64,000 nt of DNA from Bacteroidota bacterium (GTDB taxonomy: Bacteria; Bacteroidota; Bacteroidia; Bacteroidales; Dysgonomonadaceae), in contig JAEWQF010000032.1 in assembly GCA_023399295.1 (NCBI GenBank), positions 2,209 through 66,208 of the forward strand. Direction: 5' to 3'. Made by a program: the position numbers and the translations under genes. The stretch's first letter is position 1. Each line of letters starts with the position of its first letter. The notes under the pieces are model-generated. The model did no database searches. It was not told the DNA's origin and was given only the letters and a program-made list of their open reading frames with translations. Positions 58,132 to 64,000 of the stretch are shown in pieces.

Positions 58132-61100
58132 ATGAAACTAAAGACACCCAAATCCATCATCAAGGCACATGATATCAGTCAGTTACGCTTTCGGGATACC
58201 CCATTTGTGAAACTGATGAACAAACGAATCTACAACATTCTGATGGTAGCCTCCCGCTACGACATGTTCATGCTGGAAGATGACGGCCGTGTCGACGAAC
58301 AGATCTTCAACGAGTATGTCTCACTCAACCTGCGCTATCCGCCCCGATTCACACAGGTGAGCAACAGCCGTGAGGCGTTGTCGGAATTGAAGCAGAACCA
58401 TTACGAGCTGGTGATCTGCATGCCCAACATGGACAACAGCGATGCTTTCGAATTGGCGGTACAGATCAAGGAACACTACCCCGGCATGCAGGTGGTGCTG
58501 CTCACCCCTTTCTCAAAGGCGGTGACCCGCTCACTGAGCCGTGAGGACCTGAGTGGCATTGATTATGTCTTCAGCTGGCTGGGAGATACCGATCTGTTGC
58601 TGGCCATCATCAAGGTTGTGGAGGATCGGATGAACGTGGATCATGATGTGAAAACAGTGGGTGTGCAGACCATCTTGCTGGTGGAAGACTCGGTGCGATT
58701 CTATTCCACGGCTTTGCCCCTGCTCTATAAATTCGTGCTTTCGGAGTCGCGGGAGTTCTCAAAGGAGGCACTCAACGACCACCTGCGGATGCTTCGTATG
58801 CGGGGGCGTCCCAAGATACTGCTTGCACGCAATTACGAAGAGGCAGTATCCTACTACAAGAAGTATGGCGACAACATGCTGGGTGTGATTTGCGATATGA
58901 GCTTTCATGTGAAGGGTGAGAAAGAGCGGCTGGCCGGTAAGCGCCTGGGTGAATGGATCCGCACCAGGGACGTCTATATCCCCATCATCTACACCTCTTC
59001 CGAGTCGGAGAACAGAAAACAGATTGGGGGCATCAGTGATGTCTTCATCGACAAGAACTCAAAAACATTCCCGCAGGATCTGCGCCGTTCCATCAAGGAG
59101 AACCTGGGATTCGGTGATTTCATCATCACCGACCCCCACACGAAAGAGGAGATCTTCCGCATCCGTAACCTGAAGGAGCTGCAGATGAATGTCCGCAACA
59201 TCCCCGACGATGCCCTCTACTTCCACCTCTCACACAACCACTTTTCGCGTTTCTTCTACTCCCGGGCCATGTTTCCTGTGGCAGAGATGCTCAAAAAGAT
59301 CGATGTCTCGGAATATGCCAGCATGCACGATGCGCGGGAACTGATCCATGCCACCATCGTGCAGTACCGCCGGATGAAGAACACCGGTGTGGTGGCGGTG
59401 TTCGAGAAGGAGCGGTTCGACCAGTACTCCAATTTCGCCCGCATTGGAGAGGGTTCGTTGGGAGGAAAGGGAAGAGGTCTTGCCTTTATCGGCTACATGG
59501 TGAAAACCCATCTGGAGTTGAACAACAACACCAGCTTCCCGGTCACCACTCCCAAGACAGTGGTGCTCTGCACCGACCTGTTCGACGAATTTATGGAAGC
59601 CAACAACCTCTACCCGGTGGCACTATCGGAAAGGGATGATGAGGATATCCTGAAGCATTTTCTCGCTGCCAAGCTCCCCAAACGGCTGGTGAGTGATTTC
59701 CTTGTGTTCTTTGATGCCATCGACAGCCCGATCGCGATCCGCTCCTCAAGCTTACTGGAGGACTCCCAGTACCAGCCCTTCGCCGGCATTTATTCCACCT
59801 ACATGATTCCCTATGTCGACGACAAGTATGAGATGGTGCGGCTGTTGAGCAACGCCATCAAGGCGGTCTATGCTTCCGTCTTCTACCGTGACAGCAAGAG
59901 CTACATGGCTGCCACACACAACCTGATCGATCAGGAGAAGATGGCTATCGTGTTGCAGGAGGTGGTGGGATCACAATACGGCAGCCAGTTTTATCCCGCC
60001 ATCTCGGGGGTGGCCCGATCCATCAACTACTATCCCATTGGGGATGAACGTACCGAGGATGGCATCGTCAACATGGCATTCGGACTGGGTAAGTACGTCA
60101 TGGACGGCAACATGGGCTTGCGCTTCTCTCCCCTGCATGCTGCCCGCATTTTGCAGCTCAGCTCACTCGATCTGGCACTGCGTGATACACAGACGCAGTA
60201 CTATGCGCTCGACCTCAATTCGGTGTCGAAAGACTTCACAATCGATGATGGCTTCAACCTCCTCAAGTTGCGTCTGAAAGAGGCTGAGAAGGAGGGACCG
60301 TTGCGTTATGTGGCCTCCACCTACGATCCGCAGGATCAGATCATCCGCGATGGATACTACGAGGGAGGACGGAAAATCATCTCCTTCGCCAACATCCTGC
60401 AACACGATCTGTTTCCGTTGAACGAGATCCTGGAGAAACTGCTCAGAGCCGGTCAGAAGGAGATGGGACGACCGGTGGAGATCGAGTTCGCGGTGGATAT
60501 ACGCGACAACCAGTTTGCGGCTTTCTACGTGTTGCAGATACGTCCGATTGTTGACAGCAGGGAGGTGGTGCACGAGAACCTGGAGAAGATCGATCCCCGG
60601 CAGACGATTCTCTATTCACGGAACGCGCTGGGCAACGGCATCACCAGCGATGTGCATGATCTGATCTATGTGAAAAGCGCAGCCTTCAATGCAACCCACA
60701 ACCCGTTGATCGCCCGCGAAATAGAACAGATCAACCGCACATTCATGGATGCCGGCAGCAATTATGTGCTGGTGGGCCCGGGTCGCTGGGGATCCTCCGA
60801 CCCCTGGTTGGGCATCCCGGTGAAGTGGCCCCATATCTCACAGGCCAGGGTGATCGTTGAGTCGGGGATGGAGAACTACCGCATTGAGCCCAGCCAGGGT
60901 ACCCACTTCTTCCAGAACCTCACCTCCTTTGGTGTGGGTTACTTCACGGTGAATCCCTTTCTTGAGAACGACGGTTACTTCGATGAAGCTTACCTGAACG
61001 CACTGCCGGCAGTAAAGGAGACACCCTATGTGCGGCATGTGCGGTTCGAACATCCCATCTGCATCAAGATCAATGGCAAAAAAAGGATCGGGGTGGTGAT

Positions 61101-61143
61101 GAAGCCACAGGAAGGTGGGGAACCCTGTGTTAAGGAGGGTTAA
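58132..61143 (+). CDS. Receiver-domain + PPDK/PEP-synthase N-terminal (ATP-grasp) domain protein
   Basis: Two CheY-like segments (ILLVEDS...VICD...FIDK), then GGKGRGL, AIRSSSLLED, FAGIYST, VEIEFA and LQIRP; C-terminal GPGRWGS/SQGTHFFQN domain. Confidence 0.85.
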   Translation: MKLKTPKSIIKAHDISQLRFRDTPFVKLMNKRIYNILMVASRYDMFMLEDDGRVDEQIFNEYVSLNLRYPPRFTQVSNSREALSELKQNHYELVICMPNMDNSDAFELAVQIKEHYPGMQVVLLTPFSKAVTRSLSREDLSGIDYVFSWLGDTDLLLAIIKVVEDRMNVDHDVKTVGVQTILLVEDSVRFYSTALPLLYKFVLSESREFSKEALNDHLRMLRMRGRPKILLARNYEEAVSYYKKYGDNMLGVICDMSFHVKGEKERLAGKRLGEWIRTRDVYIPIIYTSSESENRKQIGGISDVFIDKNSKTFPQDLRRSIKENLGFGDFIITDPHTKEEIFRIRNLKELQMNVRNIPDDALYFHLSHNHFSRFFYSRAMFPVAEMLKKIDVSEYASMHDARELIHATIVQYRRMKNTGVVAVFEKERFDQYSNFARIGEGSLGGKGRGLAFIGYMVKTHLELNNNTSFPVTTPKTVVLCTDLFDEFMEANNLYPVALSERDDEDILKHFLAAKLPKRLVSDFLVFFDAIDSPIAIRSSSLLEDSQYQPFAGIYSTYMIPYVDDKYEMVRLLSNAIKAVYASVFYRDSKSYMAATHNLIDQEKMAIVLQEVVGSQYGSQFYPAISGVARSINYYPIGDERTEDGIVNMAFGLGKYVMDGNMGLRFSPLHAARILQLSSLDLALRDTQTQYYALDLNSVSKDFTIDDGFNLLKLRLKEAEKEGPLRYVASTYDPQDQIIRDGYYEGGRKIISFANILQHDLFPLNEILEKLLRAGQKEMGRPVEIEFAVDIRDNQFAAFYVLQIRPIVDSREVVHENLEKIDPRQTILYSRNALGNGITSDVHDLIYVKSAAFNATHNPLIAREIEQINRTFMDAGSNYVLVGPGRWGSSDPWLGIPVKWPHISQARVIVESGMENYRIEPSQGTHFFQNLTSFGVGYFTVNPFLENDGYFDEAYLNALPAVKETPYVRHVRFEHPICIKINGKKRIGVVMKPQEGGEPCVKEG

Positions 61144-61266
61144 AGAGAGGGTTGCGGTGCAACCTTTCCTGTCCGATTGCATCAAAAACAAATGATCAGT
61201 TTGCTTGTTTCAATAGAGAAGGCAGGCCTGTTGCCTGGGCTTTATGTACGCTAACCGTAGAACAAT

Positions 61267-64000
61267 ATGAGAACCATATCCCTGCTTATCATGCTCCTGC
61301 TCACTGTGTGCGGGATGTCAGCACAACAAATCAGAACGATGCACGAAAACGAATATGCCCGTCGATGGGAGAAGGTGACTTCCCTGGAGAAAAAGTCACT
61401 GCCACAGTCGGCCGCCGAGGAGGTGAACGCGATACTTCACCTGGCGGTAGGCGAACAAAACAGTCCCCAGGTGATCAAGGCGTTGATTCACCTCGGGAAA
61501 TACGACCTGGCGCGTGATGCCGAAAACGACACCCTCGTCTTCAACCGGCTGCAGGAGATGCTGGTGAAGAGCAGTGACGCGGTGGAGAAAGCGGTGTTGC
61601 ACTCCATGCTGGGTGAGCTAACCATGGAATATTACCAGAAAAATCGGTGGCAGATACGTCAGCGCAGGGAGCTGCGCGGCTACATCCCGGACGATATGAA
61701 GGAGTGGACCCGCAACATCTTTTTCGACAAGGTGGTGGAACATATGGAGGCATCACTGGCCGACCGGAAACAGCTCGAAGCGGCCACAGTCTCCACCTAC
61801 TCCGCGGTGGTGGATGAGGGGGAGGACTCCCGCCGGTTATATCCCACGATGTATGACTTTCTTGCATTAAGAGCCATAGAGCAGTACGGGCAGCTGGAGA
61901 GCGACGAGGATATGAGTCGCACGCTGGCGCGCAGGGAGCTTACACCTGCATCTCTCTTTGTACCTGCAGATGCGTACATCCATCTCCCCATCGATCCCAG
62001 GGAGGGAGAGTACAACCTGATGGTCCATGAAACCCGGCGCAAGCTGATGGCCTCCCTGATGGAGAGAGGAATTCACCAATCACTGCTCCTGGAGGAGTTG
62101 AATAAACTGGAATCGCTTTCAGGGTTGCTGCACGAGACATACCGCTCGCATGCCCTCCCATTGCTGGAAGCAATGCTCGATAAGTGGCAGGGTGACCCCT
62201 TCAGTGTGGAGATCGTCGATCGGATTGCAGCAGTGCGTCAGGAGGAGATTTATCGTACACCCGAGGAGCGTGATTCCCTCCGCGATGAAAGAACGAAAGA
62301 ACTCTATCTCTACCTGCAACAGGCCATTGAGGATTATCCCGACTATGAGAGAATCGCCCTGTTGGAAAACAGGTTGAGAAACCTTACCACCCCTCAACTC
62401 TCTCTCTCCGGCAACAATACATTTCCCACGAATGGGGTGAAGAAGATAACGGTCACATTCCAAAATCTGCATTCACTCAACGCCAGGCTCTATCGCATCG
62501 ACTCACCTGTCGATTTACAGATATACCAGTCAGGGGTGCGGCAAACCCTTCAAAACAGGAGATCCTTTGTAAAGGAGATCCCGGTAAACCTGCCGGACAC
62601 CCCTCCCTATCAACAGGGTGCGACTGAAATGGAACTGACACTGACTGAGCCGGGAAGTTACATGCTGACGTTCGACTCACAGCCGGAGACGAACGACGGT
62701 GAACAACCTACCTACTTTTTTTCCCTGTCCAATCTGGCGGTCTTCAGCCGTATGGCAGATGAAAATCTTCATCACTTCTTCGTGGTGGAACGGGTGACCG
62801 GCAAACCGGTGGCCAATGCAGAGATCGTACTCTATAAACAAACCGGCAACTGGCGCAACTCCCGCTTCACGGAAGCAGCGAGGATTGCCACCAACAGGGA
62901 AGGATTGGCTGTTTACCGGATCGGGGATAACGGAGACAACCTCTTCTATCACGCCGTCAGGGGATCTGATAACGGGTCGCTGCTGACCCGGCTGAATAAC
63001 TACCGCTATTTCACATCTGCAATCGATGAGGAACCAAGTGAACAGACCGACCTCTTTACCGACCGGTCGCTCTACCGACCGGGACAGACGGTTCATTACA
63101 AGGCGGTGTTGACCCACCGGGCTGATTCGAAAAGGTCACCTGCCGCTGGCAGCAAGACAATGGTTTCGCTTCACGATGCCAATGGAGAGAAGATTGCTTC
63201 ACAGGAGGGTGTGACCAACGAATATGGCTCAATAGCCGGAGCGTTTGTGTTGCCGCAGGGAGTTCTTCCCGGACTCTTCTCCCTCCGCACCGAATCGGGT
63301 ACCGTTTCTTTCCGGGTGGAGGAGTACAAGCGTCCCACCTTCGAGGTGACCTTCGATCCCGTGGAGGGAAGCTATCGCTTTGGTGAGGAGGTGACCATCA
63401 GGGGCAAAGCGGTTGCCTACTCGGGTGTCACGCTGCAGGATGCTTCCGTTGCCTACCGCATCACGCGGCAGCAGAGCTGGTGGCGCTTCTGGGGCGGGGC
63501 TCCGGAGCAGTTCACTGAAGGGATTGTGACCAGCGATGATCAGGGTGGCTTTGAAATCCGCTTCACCCCCGAAAAGAGTGACACGGAACAGGGCAGGCAA
63601 TCAGCTTTTACTTTCGTCGTAGAGGCGACTGTCACCGACTTGAACGGTGAGACACAAGTAGGCACTTACGCTCTCTCCGTGGGCGAAATCTCGATGATGT
63701 TACAGCTGGAGATGCCGGAGCGGTGGGAGAAAGAGGGTGATGACCCGATCCTCATCACGGCGAAAAACCTCAACGGCAGTGAGGTCAAGGCAACGGGAAG
63801 CTATCAGGTCTATGCGGTGGAAGAGAATGATTCTACCGGTAAACGGGTCGCCACGGGAGACTTTGAGACCGGTCCGCAGCCCGAACTGAAAAAACGACTT
63901 GCCCGTCTTCGCTCCGGCAAGTACCGGGTGAAGTTATTCTCAAAAGATGACAGAGGCAATTCGGTCGAGGCGGAGAAAGAGCTGCTCCTTTTCTCCTTTG
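61267..64000 (+). CDS. Alpha-2-macroglobulin family protein (3' end outside window)
   Basis: Not in the ORF track. Manual translation gives signal peptide MRTISLLIMLLLTVCGMSA and MG-domain motifs FTDRSLYRPGQTVHYK, TNEYGS and FRVEEYKRPTFEV. Confidence 0.85.
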   Translation, partial: MRTISLLIMLLLTVCGMSAQQIRTMHENEYARRWEKVTSLEKKSLPQSAAEEVNAILHLAVGEQNSPQVIKALIHLGKYDLARDAENDTLVFNRLQEMLVKSSDAVEKAVLHSMLGELTMEYYQKNRWQIRQRRELRGYIPDDMKEWTRNIFFDKVVEHMEASLADRKQLEAATVSTYSAVVDEGEDSRRLYPTMYDFLALRAIEQYGQLESDEDMSRTLARRELTPASLFVPADAYIHLPIDPREGEYNLMVHETRRKLMASLMERGIHQSLLLEELNKLESLSGLLHETYRSHALPLLEAMLDKWQGDPFSVEIVDRIAAVRQEEIYRTPEERDSLRDERTKELYLYLQQAIEDYPDYERIALLENRLRNLTTPQLSLSGNNTFPTNGVKKITVTFQNLHSLNARLYRIDSPVDLQIYQSGVRQTLQNRRSFVKEIPVNLPDTPPYQQGATEMELTLTEPGSYMLTFDSQPETNDGEQPTYFFSLSNLAVFSRMADENLHHFFVVERVTGKPVANAEIVLYKQTGNWRNSRFTEAARIATNREGLAVYRIGDNGDNLFYHAVRGSDNGSLLTRLNNYRYFTSAIDEEPSEQTDLFTDRSLYRPGQTVHYKAVLTHRADSKRSPAAGSKTMVSLHDANGEKIASQEGVTNEYGSIAGAFVLPQGVLPGLFSLRTESGTVSFRVEEYKRPTFEVTFDPVEGSYRFGEEVTIRGKAVAYSGVTLQDASVAYRITRQQSWWRFWGGAPEQFTEGIVTSDDQGGFEIRFTPEKSDTEQGRQSAFTFVVEATVTDLNGETQVGTYALSVGEISMMLQLEMPERWEKEGDDPILITAKNLNGSEVKATGSYQVYAVEENDSTGKRVATGDFETGPQPELKKRLARLRSGKYRVKLFSKDDRGNSVEAEKELLLFSF

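Noticed and set aside
1..64000. CRISPR arrays, tRNA/rRNA genes, transposases, integrases, prophage or defence genes, invertible promoters
   Set aside because: None was recognisable. Coding density is high, intergenic gaps are at most about 330 nt, and I saw no repeat-spacer structure or recombinase.

Overview
A 64 kb chromosomal segment from a Bacteroidota (Bacteroidales) bacterium. Gene order and protein sequences suggest a Dysgonomonadaceae/Porphyromonadaceae-like organism; this assignment is inference. Left to right: (i) an atypical 2-hydroxyacid dehydrogenase (truncated), a BtuB-like TonB-dependent receptor, rsmD, DUF3822 and a RecD-like helicase; (ii) rsmI, a coiled-coil lipoprotein, yjjG and a solitary arginine deiminase; (iii) an ~18 kb alpha-glucan (starch/maltodextrin) polysaccharide utilisation locus in two convergent arms: LacI-MFS-GH13 on +, and susC-D-E-F, GH53, susA-like GH13, a CBM48-GH13 lipoprotein and flavodoxin on -; (iv) a glsA/glsB-like amino-lipid acyltransferase pair divergent from the dcw cluster (mraZ to ftsZ, then yqeY); (v) ftsK-lolA-trxB, tpx, uvrA, a lytic transglycosylase, a tandem-receiver/PPDK-N fusion protein and a truncated alpha-2-macroglobulin. 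I saw no rRNA, tRNA, CRISPR array, prophage or transposase. Most of the window is conserved housekeeping, and I cannot claim a clearly new system. The best leads are: a GH53 beta-galactanase placed directly behind a terminator inside a starch locus; a shared LacI operator on both arms of that locus; the uncharacterised receiver-PPDK-N protein; the non-canonical dehydrogenase/TonB receptor pair; related heptamer tandem arrays in front of ftsL and ftsW; and a recurring ECF-like promoter pattern. All calls come from reading motifs by eye; no database search was run.
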